DNA from: Sporopachydermia quercuum
Lineage: Eukaryota
Direction: 5' to 3'
Assembly (NCBI GenBank): GCA_001599295.1
Contig: BCGN01000006.1
Location: forward strand, 620,001 to 684,000
Length of the DNA stretch: 64,000 nucleotides
The translations under genes were made by a program, and so were the position numbers. The notes under the pieces were generated by a model. It searched no databases, was not told the origin of the DNA, and saw only the letters and a list, made by a program, of their open reading frames with translations. Of the stretch, positions 27,782 through 38,778 are shown in pieces (position 1 is the first letter of the stretch; the number at the start of each line of letters is the position of its first letter).

Positions 27782-28109
27782 ATGGCAGGACTCAAGGACC
27801 CATGGGCTAGAAGGTAAGTTTAGTGAGCTAGAGAAATGATTCCAGCGGGGATACTGAACGATATCTAGTGAATTTCTCTCGATGGAAATTACTGGTATTA
27901 GGGGAGCTTGGTAGATAGGAAACAAGATCATTACAGACCATTGATTGGAGGAACAGCACTAACATCACTATAGGGACGCTTGGAGATATACAGGTCTTTT
28001 CACTAGAGCAAATAGGTTTAAGGGAGCCCTCCCAGGGCTCGGACTTGGTACATCTGCATTTGTTGTGTATTGCGTGTATGAGAAGTTTTTCTTGAAATCA
28101 GGACATTAA
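27782..28109 (+). CDS. NDUFB3: Complex I accessory subunit B12/NB2M (NDUFB3), 55 aa; exons 27782-27813 and 27974-28109
   Basis: Spliced MAGLKDPWARRDAWRYTGLFTRANRFKGALPGLGLGTSAFVVYCVYEKFFLKSGH* has the DPWxRxxAWRY signature. Intron GTAAGT..ACTAAC..TAG. Not in the ORF track. Confidence 0.9.
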
Positions 28110-29639
28110 GTAGCTACATCAGGAAAGAAAGAAACGGGAGTGACCACTGGAAGAGATCATTGCACGTTCAATAGAAAAAACTTGTTCAATCAAAGAGCAT
28201 GAAGTAAAGAAAATAAAAATTCCAGCACGAATAGAAGAACCATAAGGATTTTTGGAGACAAGTGATTTTCTATTGCAGTTAAGAGATGCGGAAATATGAC
28301 ATGTCTTGTCAGACTGATGTTGAATCGCTTTGTTTGATAGTTTATATTTCAATCGCTAAACGTTTTTGAACAATGAACTGATGGAGGAAGATGAAGTGTC
28401 AAAAGGGCTTGAATGATATTGAATAGTTGGCTGAAACTACTTTCAATGAATACAATATAAAAGGAGAGTTGTTCTTTTTTTTTTTGCATATCTGCATCGT
28501 CAACAGTACAACAATCGTGTATCATTTATTCACATACATATTCATATATATATTATATCTATTAAATTAACAAGGATGATGCATGGTTAAATTGCTCAAC
28601 TTGCTGTTTGTAAGAGTGGATTTGTGAGGTACTGAATGTCGGTGCGATTCATTGCGTTCATGTGTCAATTAAGGGTATATAGCTGATCGCTACAATGTTG
28701 GAGAAAAGAAGGATTTATTATTGAGTAGAGGATAAAGGATAAATGATAAAGTATTCCTCGTACTCTGTCGGCATCTTTGATCGTTTTCATCGTGATGAGT
28801 CTTTCCACGAAGTAGAAGCTAAATAACAGCAATTATCCAAAGGCTTAGTTGCATGCGTAAAAATACCTTATGGGTCGGATGATCCAAACCGAAACTTGAT
28901 CCTATCAAGATAATAGTTCAGAATGAACTAAACCAAGCTCAATACTGAAAACTCTCATGGCCTCTGCCTCATCTCATCATAAAGACCATGTTTTATCAGT
29001 TTGGTTTCTATACGACTTTCAACTTACCCTTCACCAAAGGAACTTCGATCAAACCAGAATAATAAAACATGATTTTCAATGGCTTCCCATAAAGAATTGT
29101 TCTTCTCCCTCTCTTCTCAAACGCACCACATTTTATTTAACCAGCCCTCCGATATATGTTCAGTAGTGTAATATGAATCAATAGTAATCCTAAATCAATA
29201 ACCCTTTCATTCTCATTCCATTTCTTTTCATAATATTACGAATACTTCGCGGTTCGTTGAACCGTTGAACCTTTGATCTAATCAATTCACATATCAGTCA
29301 ATTTATCCGATCCGGTTCGGTATCTATCTACAAAATCTCCTCCCCACAATCAATCTTTCATTGATTGTGCGAATAATTATTAATCATCGAAAATTTAATG
29401 GTAAATGTATTGATCTATATTATCGTCGGAAGACTACTATAACAAATTCCCACATTCTCTATTACTTGTTTATCTGTTTATCTGTTTCCTTGTTTATCTT
29501 TGTTCGCATGCACTATAGCAAAAATCCAAGATAACATAATCAAACTTCAGATCAGGTCAAACATTGACCGTTCTTGCTATTTGTTGCATGTGGTACTATT
29601 GAACCAGCTTATTTAGTTCAATTTAGTCTATCATTTATC

Positions 29640-30736
29640 ATGGATATATTCTCAACAGATCTAATTTCTGAAGATCTAGTCCCGGTTCGAGAAGTGACGA
29701 ATTTAGGAGAATCATCAATAGATTTTGATGGACTTTTGCTGGATCCCTTACTGGTATATGAAGATGGTGGAGCATCCGGCTGTGGTGGAAAACTATGGCC
29801 AGCTGGTGAACTTCTATCAAGATACGTGATAAGAAATGGAGTTGTTGGTTCTAAGATAGTTGAATTAGGTAGCGGCACAGGACTTGTTGGATTGGCTTTG
29901 GCCAAAGCAACGCCTAATGATGTCAACCAGAAAATATGGATTACGGATATTGAGTGAGTAGAGAATAAGAGTCAAAAAATGAGAAACAATAAACTTTGAT
30001 TAAATATAATTGGACTGGTATCATGATAACTGGCTAACAAACAATAGGAAGCTTGTTCCGTTGATGGAGAATAATATCAAGTTGAATAGATTGGAAGGAA
30101 AGGTTGAAGCTCAAGTATTGAATTGGTACGTTCATTTGAAAAGTTGACTTGTAAAGTTGCATGATCATGTTGGGATTATATATTATTAGTTAAATGAGAT
30201 TATATGATAACACTATAAACTAACATGGGATTCATAATGTTAGGGGTGAAAAACTACCTGACTATCTAAATGGTAGAGTTGATACAGTGTTGGCTGCTGA
30301 TTGTGTTTATTTAGAAGCAGCTTTTCCTCTATTAGAGAAGACACTTCTGGATTTATGCGATAGCAACACTTATGTTTTAATGTGTTACAAGAAAAGAAGA
30401 AAGGTATGTATTTAGGAATATAGGTATTTGCGACTGAGGAAATAACCTCAAGCAATAATCTTAGGAGCTAACATCTTACTATCCATTTTACAGGCTGATT
30501 CCAAGTTTTTCAAAGCTATCAGAAAGAACTTCGAAGTAATTGAGGTATGTCGCGCTGCTGAAACTGCGGTGAAGCTTATACTATACTTAAGAAGTATGGA
30601 ACATCCATCTTGAGCTTAATGTTCTAACATTTTCTCCCAGATTAAAGACTATGAAGAGTTTGAAAGCTTCAATCGTCAAGCTGTCTACCTCTTCCAACTA
30701 AAACGTAAACAGAAGAAAATTCAACAACAAAGGTAA
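29640..30736 (+). CDS. EFM6: eEF1A lysine methyltransferase (METTL21-like); exons 29640-29953, 30048-30125, 30244-30403, 30494-30544, 30641-30736
   Basis: GCGGKLWPAG, VELGSGTGLVGL, ITD, LNWG, LAADCVY, YKKRRKADSKFF after joining 4 introns (GTGAGT, GTACGT, GTATGT x2; all with CTAAC). Confidence 0.9.
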
Positions 30737-30995
30737 AGGAAAATTCAAAAGTACCTCCAACGGGAGAAAAGAGTTATCTAACTGGTTTTGAACCAAATCA
30801 ATAGAAATTAGCTGTAGGAGTGTTAATGCGTCCTTGTAAATAGTGTCACAAGAATAACATAGCATGTATAGATTTATAAGAATAAATGATTATTTTATTT
30901 GTTTTCAAACCAATGAGAAAAAGCCTGCCATGCCTTTGGTCACAAGACAGATATATACAAGATGCTCAATAGTCAAATCAAATAATTCTATGAGT

Positions 30996-31841
30996 TTAAT
31001 TAACAGGATTGGGCTCCTCAGTTTGTTCTGCTGAAGCTTCCCCTTCTGGGCTTTCATTGGAAATTTCGTATCCACTATCAACAGTTTCGCCAACCTTAGC
31101 TTTATCGGTTTCTGATAATTTGAGTGCTTCTTCTCTCCATGCTTCCAAGAATTTCTGTTCTGATTCTAGACCCTTTTCAACGGGTGTCTTATAGTAAACG
31201 GATCCAAACATTTCATTTTCTTCCAATGCTACCTGTTGTTCTAATTCTTCTTCCATTCGTACTCTGTAGAATTCAAATCTTGCTTGGTCGTAGGCCTCTA
31301 GCATACTAAGTTTTCCCTCCTCATTAGCATTCCTCAATAGCCACATTGTTCTTCTCACAACACTATTATAATTCTATGTTAATAAACAGTGACAGCTTAC
31401 AGGCAAAACCATATAAAACTTTGTAACAAAAAAGAAAACTCACCTTTCGCCATCAAGAGGTTTGGAAACCTGTCGGATGGACGCCCAGTTTTCTCTTGAG
31501 CTGTCTTGTCCATCGATTTCAACAACAGTTCGGCTTCTAGCCAATTCCCAAGGATGTTGTTTATAAAACAAATTTCGTAATTGATCTTCCACAAAGGTGA
31601 TTTTCACAGGTTTAAACAAATCAGATTGTTTTCGAACTGTCTTGTCTTTTGTTGGATATAGAGCTTTAGATTTTGATGTCCTCTTTTTAATATTATCAAG
31701 TTTTGGTTTCCAAGTAAAGTCCTTGGTTGGAGGATACGAAGCAACTACTTTATACCATGCTGGCTCCGTCACGTAAACTCCATTCTTCAGATACTTGGAG
31801 TATCTCTCAAAGATACTCACTGCTTTTGTTTGTAATCTCAT
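30996..31841 (-). CDS. RSM25: Mitochondrial small-subunit ribosomal protein mS23; intron 31443-31363
   Basis: EPAWYKVV..YPP, EDQLRNLFYKQHPWELAR, LDGES|VV, AYDQARFEFYRVRM. Confidence 0.9.
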
Positions 31842-32645
31842 TTTGTTCTTTCCTTAGTTATGAAATGGAGCAGTTTATCCTTTCCTTCTGTATGGTCCTT
31901 TGGCTTATGCTCGATCTACCAATATCTGATTTCTTAACTCTAGACAGCGAAATATAAACCCAGGAGCAAATATTTATAAAACCAACCCATTCAATTCCCC
32001 AATTAAGGTCCACTATTCTAATAAAATAAAAAAGCTTTTGTTTATGTCTAAAGTCTACACTTTTCCAGGCTTCATATCATCAAATGATCCTCATATTCAT
32101 TCATTCATGAAACTTGTTTCAATTTTGGACTGTAATTTTTCAGTTTGAGTCCCAATATGGATTTTGTGTAATTTGAAACTTCTAGGTGTTCGGATGTTGA
32201 ATATCAAATTTCGGAGATAATACTAACTGCGGTAACGAGCGGGGCTTCTCCGGTTTACTGCAATTAAGATAATTTCGGAAACTATCATCATCGAACTATG
32301 AGAAAAGTTCATTCTTACGCCTAGTGTGAGAGATTGGAGATTTGAGAGGCTTTGCAAATATTCACAGAGATTATAGGATAGAACTTTTTACGAGAAGGAA
32401 GTTAGAAATAATTGATAAGTTACTATTGGAAAGTGTTGCATTAAATGTATAATAGTCAGATTCATTTGTTAGAAGCGTGGAAACAGAAACCGCCAGTATA
32501 TTGAGTAGTTGTTGCATTGTATCTCCTATCACATGGTGACAGTGGAATTAGTGAAGTAGATGTTCATAGGTTTTGATAATGGAATACTGCTGAAGAGATG
32601 ATGAGAACTAAGCAAGGAAATGAATAGACTTACAGCAAACAGTTT

Positions 32646-34628
32646 ATGATGTTGGCTCGGAGCTGTTCAAGATATTTGCCCGAAATTCGAATACTGAGCA
32701 TAGGAAGCCTTTCAAGTATCATAAGAGTAAACCAGAGTAGGCATGGGTACCGAGAAGCTAGAGAAAATGGTCATAAGCTCAGCTTCTATGGTTCAGATAT
32801 AGAGAGCCGAAGGGTGTTTTCTGCTTCTCAGGTAAAAGAAACTGATGTAGAGGATAAGCAAAAAGAAGAGTTTGACGTCAAAGAGTTTGATTATGAAGGA
32901 AAGATATTATCGAATAGCAGGTTTGTTTCCGTCGATAACCTGCTGGAACAGCAATTACTGATACTGAAAATACCTTTCGAAGGTGAAGATGATTCATGGA
33001 TGTTTGACATTGTTGATGGTTTTGGTACAAGCACAAGTAACAGCAATGCTAAAGCATTGTACAGAAAATGGAACGAACAGGAATCAGAGATAAGGCATAA
33101 GAGATTGAGCATACCAAGGAGACGCAGAAACGTAGATCCAGTTAAGTATGCTGAATTTTTGAGATGGCTGTTTCCAAATGAAGGTGGTAAACGGAAGCAT
33201 AAGACTGTACAGAATCTCTTCAAAGCTTACAAAGCTTTAACGAACTCATCAACACCTATCCACATTGAGCCGTTCCATCTGGAATCCCTAATATCTGTTT
33301 TCATGGGCAAATGTCCAATGTATGCATTAAACGATATGGCTCATTACATGGATACTCTAATTAAAGATCTAAAAGCCTGCGACATGCCTGTTACTACGAG
33401 AGAGTTGATGTCGTCTTTATATCTTAATTGTAAAGTGACCCTCAGAGGACTATACAGAGCGAAACAAAACAAAGAGAGGACGTTTGAGAAATATCTAAAG
33501 TTTAAGAATATATTTGACAACATGATAGGTATATTGCATGACCTGAAGGGTTCAAAAGATACATCTGTTTACAATATGGCCTTACACTTAGCTGTAATGT
33601 ATGGAGATGAAAAACTGATTACTGAAGTACTAGAAATATACCATCAAAATANCATATCTCATGACCTTACAACTGATTGTTTGAAGGTGAGATTTTACGG
33701 CCGCAGTAATAAACCAGAACTTGTTGAAAACATGTTGAAGACATATCTTACAACTTCACCCTTTCTAGATATAAAAACTATAAATCTTTATATGCATGCT
33801 TTGGTGAGAGGGAATAGGTTTCCATTGGCGTTCAAGCTATTAAAGCTTGTGGAAAGTAAAGCATCAGAGCAGTTGAGTGCAGGGTTTTTAAAGAAAGAGA
33901 AGCTGTTCCGTGAACGAATCCTTGAAGAGAAACAGCTCAAACTGATCTATAGTGCTCATTATGAAAATGAAAAGAACATCAGTTCTGCTATAGATGATAT
34001 CGAACCCGGTGCGAAAGACAGTGATTTGCCCAAAAATGAAGTTAATGACAAACTGAACAACAAACCAACAGACCCTTCAAAAGTTCCACCATTGTTTCCG
34101 AACTTTCAGACTTATAAGGTATTCTTGCTTCATTATTGTTCTCAAGACTCAACCAATTTTCATGATGTATTGGCACTGATCACATCCATGAAGAAATATA
34201 ACGTTGATGTGCTAGAATCGTTTTATTTTTGTTTGATTTCGGGTTTTCAAAGGAACTATCATGATCAAACTCTTGGATGGTCATTACAAAGACTTGTTGG
34301 CTTTCTTAGAATACTTGTTAGAGAAGCAACAGTAGATGACAGTAAAATCTCTCTGTCGCTTTTCTCTGAAACTTTCTGGCGAAATGCTTACGAGGTTTTA
34401 TACTGTTTGAGTAGAGATAGGTTTGCTTCTAATGGTAATGATGGATCTTTTCTAGAAGAGGAAGAATTTCTGCAGTTTGCTGAGTCAACTGATCGATCAA
34501 TAAATGAACTTGCTGAAAAGATGGAAGACCATGAAGGATACGAAACGAATATGAGATTGTCTAGAAGTATTATGAAAGGGATAAATGATTTAGTTTTCCA
34601 TCCAGTGTTGGAAAAGTTGGTCAAGTGA
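32646..34628 (+). CDS. Putative mitochondrial helical-repeat (PPR-like) protein
   Basis: 660-aa ORF with Arg/Ser-rich presequence-like N-terminus and ~35-aa spaced segments (DTSVYNMALH, DLTTDCLKVRFYG, DIKTINLYMHALV), plus PNFQTYKVFL, resembling PPR motifs. Confidence 0.55.
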   Translation: MMLARSCSRYLPEIRILSIGSLSSIIRVNQSRHGYREARENGHKLSFYGSDIESRRVFSASQVKETDVEDKQKEEFDVKEFDYEGKILSNSRFVSVDNLLEQQLLILKIPFEGEDDSWMFDIVDGFGTSTSNSNAKALYRKWNEQESEIRHKRLSIPRRRRNVDPVKYAEFLRWLFPNEGGKRKHKTVQNLFKAYKALTNSSTPIHIEPFHLESLISVFMGKCPMYALNDMAHYMDTLIKDLKACDMPVTTRELMSSLYLNCKVTLRGLYRAKQNKERTFEKYLKFKNIFDNMIGILHDLKGSKDTSVYNMALHLAVMYGDEKLITEVLEIYHQNXISHDLTTDCLKVRFYGRSNKPELVENMLKTYLTTSPFLDIKTINLYMHALVRGNRFPLAFKLLKLVESKASEQLSAGFLKKEKLFRERILEEKQLKLIYSAHYENEKNISSAIDDIEPGAKDSDLPKNEVNDKLNNKPTDPSKVPPLFPNFQTYKVFLLHYCSQDSTNFHDVLALITSMKKYNVDVLESFYFCLISGFQRNYHDQTLGWSLQRLVGFLRILVREATVDDSKISLSLFSETFWRNAYEVLYCLSRDRFASNGNDGSFLEEEEFLQFAESTDRSINELAEKMEDHEGYETNMRLSRSIMKGINDLVFHPVLEKLVK

Positions 34629-35502
34629 CTTCAAGCCTTGTTCGTGATGAAGCAAATTGGTTAAGTAAGCATTTGTGGTCAAGGTCAACACAGCACAACC
34701 TACTACAGCACAAGCAGCTCATGATATCCTAAAAAGTCAAGGAAGACAGCATGTCTACTCTCAGAAAATGATTCAACACTTTTCATTTAATTCACGGCAA
34801 TAAAAATTATTTCTCAAACAGTCCAGACTATACTTCAAACTCAACATGTAAGTCTCATCAATTAATTAATCAACAATCTAGCAGCTTTCGGAGTAACAAT
34901 TTCCACAGTTTTCATATGTTACATCCCATAGATTTCTTGTACATACCAATAATACCTTTTTCCTTTGATTTTGAATAAATTTTTACTTACTTTTCGCTCA
35001 TTATCAGTACTGTATTGTCAATCTTCGATAATCAGTCCCCACAGGGCACTGACCGTCCCATAACATATACTAGCACTCTTGCTTGACTTTCCCCGTTGTA
35101 GTCCTTATAACTGGATGCCTTTAATGAAACTGATGATATCTTCCCATTTCCCCTCGTCTTAAAACAGGTGTCTTTTGAATTGAAGCTCATCGAAATGTGT
35201 GATTCAATTTCGCATGGTACTTAACCTATCTATCAAATGACTTATAGATGGATGTAAGGCATAAGGTCGTTATTTATAGGTTGCAATGAAACATGATAGA
35301 AAAACGATCGAGGATTCGGTATTTTTCACGTTTTTATTGCTGATACAGAGCCTGAGGTCAAATAAGGTACAGACGGATAGTTCGTTCAGTGTTGTATCAA
35401 CAGAGCAGTGCTAGATTCATCACGAACGTACACACTATACGTGTTACAACTAATTGCAACTAATTATAATATTTGATAATATTTATATAGATATCCGACC
35501 AC

Positions 35503-35834
35503 ATGGTATGTTAAACTGTTTGCTAAGGTGCTTGCAATTTTGAAAAGGTTCAATTCTGGTGATAGTTAAACGACTTCCTCTACTGTAATTCATATGCATT
35601 TTCTAACACTTTTTTGTCCAGTCTGCGCTTTTTAACTTCCAATCACTACTACTGGTGATACTGCTGTTCATCTGCACAAGCACATATATTCATGCAGTTT
35701 TCCCTGCACCATTAGATAAAAACAAAACTGGAATGTTAGGAGCTTTCTGGAAAGCAGCTAGAATAGGCGAGAGAATGAGTCCATATGTTTCAGTGTGTTG
35801 TTTGATCATGGCTTATATTCAACTACGGTCATAG
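35503..35834 (+). CDS. KSH1: Protein kish (TMEM167 family), 71 aa; exon 1 is ATG only (35503-35505), intron 35506-35621
   Basis: Spliced [23 protein letters not shown]...[23 protein letters not shown] is the kish signature. Intron GTATGT..TTCTAAC..CAG. Not in the ORF track. Confidence 0.93.
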
Positions 35835-36113
35835 TGCTGAATACCAAGAAAAAGGCAGAGAATGCAGAATATGAAATATTGGAGAGAGGGAGGAAAGAAG
35901 GATTAAAAGCGGAAGGAATTTCGAATTGTGTCATATATTGACGTTTGTAATCTTTTAAATGCTGGTCACAATGAGGATATCTATGGATTAGCTAAGCTAA
36001 ATTGATACGAGTCATTAATTCATGTACAATAAATACTACATACATAAGTGTTTACCGTACACTATACGCATATCTTATCAGCGGATCATAACAGATCATT
36101 GAGTCTAGTTTAT

Positions 36114-38423
36114 TCACTTAAATTCATAGGTTTCACTTGTTCCCTCACATAAAGTACTCACCCGTGAAGTTCCAACAATTCTTTCTAGTTTTAATGCATC
36201 CCATTTGGAATAAACACCTTTCACTCTGCTTATATCAAAATCAGTCTCAGCTTTATTCAGAAACAAGAACTTGACAACTTCAGCATAGAAAATAGGATTA
36301 TTAGGTAAATCGTAAAAGTAAACTGATTGTACTCCCTTGATATCAAATCGTCTATAGTGATGTAAACGTTCAGTGTACAGCATAATTTTCTTTTTACCAT
36401 TGGCAAATTGTTGTCTATGACGAGTTAACTCTGATTGAGTTGAATATTCATCAATATAAGTATATGAAGGCGTAACATGGAATTTCAAGTTCTTGAGGTA
36501 GTTCTTCAACCTAATATAGTCAGAGAAGTTGGAAATGAAAATTAGAGCCCCATTTTCTTGTGAAGAAGCTGTTAAAAGTTGTGGTAAAATTATTGAAGTA
36601 AAAAACTTGAATCTTCTATCAACGTCATCCAAGGGAGTATCGCAGTAAAATCTAGTGAAAACTTGCTTGACCTTTAGGCCTATTGTTCCAATAGCAGATG
36701 GTATAATCAATGCCGATGATGTATCTGAAGCTTCATTAGCTTTACCAGTTGATGCACTAGTAGTAATAGTAGAACTAGACTTAATATCACTTTTCTTACC
36801 ATAGAAGGGTCTCACTTTCACCTTCCCACTTATATTTTGACAATGGGACATGAAAACCGAGTTTATCTCAGGACTTAGATAGTCTGTAAATATTAGTGTT
36901 TGACGGAAGCATTTGGCCAAATTGTCAATATACCAAGAACGAATTCTGGAGAAATCAGCATCGTGGAATTTCTTTGGAATCAGATTCAGATGTTTCATTA
37001 CGATAGAAACGTTATCCCAGTTTTGTAACTGGGCAGCATGCATCTTATCGAATACTAACAATTCAATTGAGGACAAAAAATCATAGTCTTTCTTTGATTT
37101 ATCAGGACTGGTAACAATCATTTTGAGGCCTAAAGGTGAACAAATTATCAAGTCTGATTGGTAGAAAGAAGAATAAAACTTCATAGTCTTTCTAGTGAAT
37201 TTGATACCCAAACAGAACAAATCATCAGTATTTCCTCCAAACAAATGACAGAAATCTTCCGGTTTATTCTCTGGTGGCATAGCGTCTGAATGGAAAGAAT
37301 CTTTAAACCTCTTCTTATTTTCCTGCTGCTCGGTACCTGATAATTCAATCAAATCATCAACAATAAGATCACAGTAGTTTCTAGATGGAACAATAATCAG
37401 AACTTTAGGTCTAGTGAACCCTTGATCTGGACATTCGGGCAATTCTTCATTTTTCTGTTGAAGCTGAGAAAGTCTTTGGTTGTTCTTAAGTACTTTATCC
37501 CTGGTTTTGAAAATGTGATTTAGTATGTGTAAGCAGTATATTCTTCTGTATTCAGAATCATTTTTGTATGAAGCGATGGGGAAGCAAAAGTCTTGATAGT
37601 TGAATATAGGAGGAATGATGGATTTCTGAAGAGGTGTAAATATAAATCCATCAGGTTTATAAGATTTCTCAAAAGGTTCAATCAGACGCTTTTTCAGCTT
37701 GAATGCAGTAGCAAAATTGCTTTCCTTGGGTATTTCATCACATGCTGTGGGAGTGCCATTAGCAGCTTTGAAAGTAATTACACTGCCTAAGTATGAGTTT
37801 GATTTCTTCAAAGAATAACGTACTTTCTCCTCTGGCTTCAACTTAGACAATATTTCGTTGCCGCATGAAAAATGGACCTCGAAAGGATCTTTCGAAACGT
37901 ACTCTTCAGAATCTGAGTCAGAATCAACATCAACTTTCTCTTCCTTTTCATTATGTTTATCCGTTTTTGCCTCATTGTCGTCTTCGTCTTCTTCTCCTTC
38001 ATCTGCCTCTTCCAAATTCAAACCCTCAGGTTCCTCACTTTCTGCTTCAGAGCTCTCTTCTCCTGAGTTTTCTGCTTCGCCATTTATTTCCGCCTCGGAT
38101 GTTTCCTTCACAATCTTTCTCTTCTTCTTCAATGGCCTTTCCTTTTTGCTCTTGTGATCAGTCTTTAGTAATGTCAACAAAGCATTATAAGCTTTAGAAT
38201 CACGGATTCCACTATCATTTTCATCTTCACTATCATTGCTTTCTTCGACAGAGCTGTTTTCTTTGTCTGATGAAGCTGAAAGGACTTCTTGCTGCTCTTC
38301 ATTCAGTAGATCATCGCTGGATCGTTTTTTACTATGGTAAGATGATCTCACGATATCTCTAGCTTCAGTTCTTCCTGAACTGAATCTAGCAGGACGCTTC
38401 AACTTCGAAACTGTTGACGGCAT
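36114..38423 (-). CDS. UTP25: U3 snoRNA-associated protein 25 (DEF)
   Basis: DQGFTRPKVLI, FYQSDLIICSPLGL, DFLSSIE, QNWD, LYTERLHHYRRF, LERIVG. Confidence 0.93.
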   Translation of the reverse strand: MPSTVSKLKRPARFSSGRTEARDIVRSSYHSKKRSSDDLLNEEQQEVLSASSDKENSSVEESNDSEDENDSGIRDSKAYNALLTLLKTDHKSKKERPLKKKRKIVKETSEAEINGEAENSGEESSEAESEEPEGLNLEEADEGEEDEDDNEAKTDKHNEKEEKVDVDSDSDSEEYVSKDPFEVHFSCGNEILSKLKPEEKVRYSLKKSNSYLGSVITFKAANGTPTACDEIPKESNFATAFKLKKRLIEPFEKSYKPDGFIFTPLQKSIIPPIFNYQDFCFPIASYKNDSEYRRIYCLHILNHIFKTRDKVLKNNQRLSQLQQKNEELPECPDQGFTRPKVLIIVPSRNYCDLIVDDLIELSGTEQQENKKRFKDSFHSDAMPPENKPEDFCHLFGGNTDDLFCLGIKFTRKTMKFYSSFYQSDLIICSPLGLKMIVTSPDKSKKDYDFLSSIELLVFDKMHAAQLQNWDNVSIVMKHLNLIPKKFHDADFSRIRSWYIDNLAKCFRQTLIFTDYLSPEINSVFMSHCQNISGKVKVRPFYGKKSDIKSSSTITTSASTGKANEASDTSSALIIPSAIGTIGLKVKQVFTRFYCDTPLDDVDRRFKFFTSIILPQLLTASSQENGALIFISNFSDYIRLKNYLKNLKFHVTPSYTYIDEYSTQSELTRHRQQFANGKKKIMLYTERLHHYRRFDIKGVQSVYFYDLPNNPIFYAEVVKFLFLNKAETDFDISRVKGVYSKWDALKLERIVGTSRVSTLCEGTSETYEFK

Positions 38424-38619
38424 TATGAGTATATAGAAAGATGCTATATTAGCGAGTACCTAGCCTATAGAAACCGTTTTCAATATTTATCTACATAAGA
38501 GCAGCCCCATTTAATAGGTGATCATCGAATTTGTAGTAGAAAATTCTCTCTAGCTACATAAAAATTTTAATTGTGTGATAACGAAGTGAGACCCGATGCT
38601 CTATGAGGGTAAATCTGTA

Positions 38620-38778
38620 GATTGCGAATGGGTTGGTATTAAGGTTCATGCCTTTTTTGATTGACGGTTATTGCTGTCCTGCAGGAAAGCGCAATCATAA
38701 TAACATTGTAATCGATGGATTGACTAGCTTCGCGGGTAGTTGGTAGATAAATCGCGGTGATTACAATGATAAACATCC
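38620..38778 (+). ncRNA. Candidate box H/ACA snoRNA
   Basis: Hairpin closed by GATTGCG/CGCAATC, H box ATAATA (38697-38702), second hairpin closed by CATTGTAATC/GATTACAATG with an inner GU-containing stem, ACA at 38763 and 38773. Confidence 0.5.
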
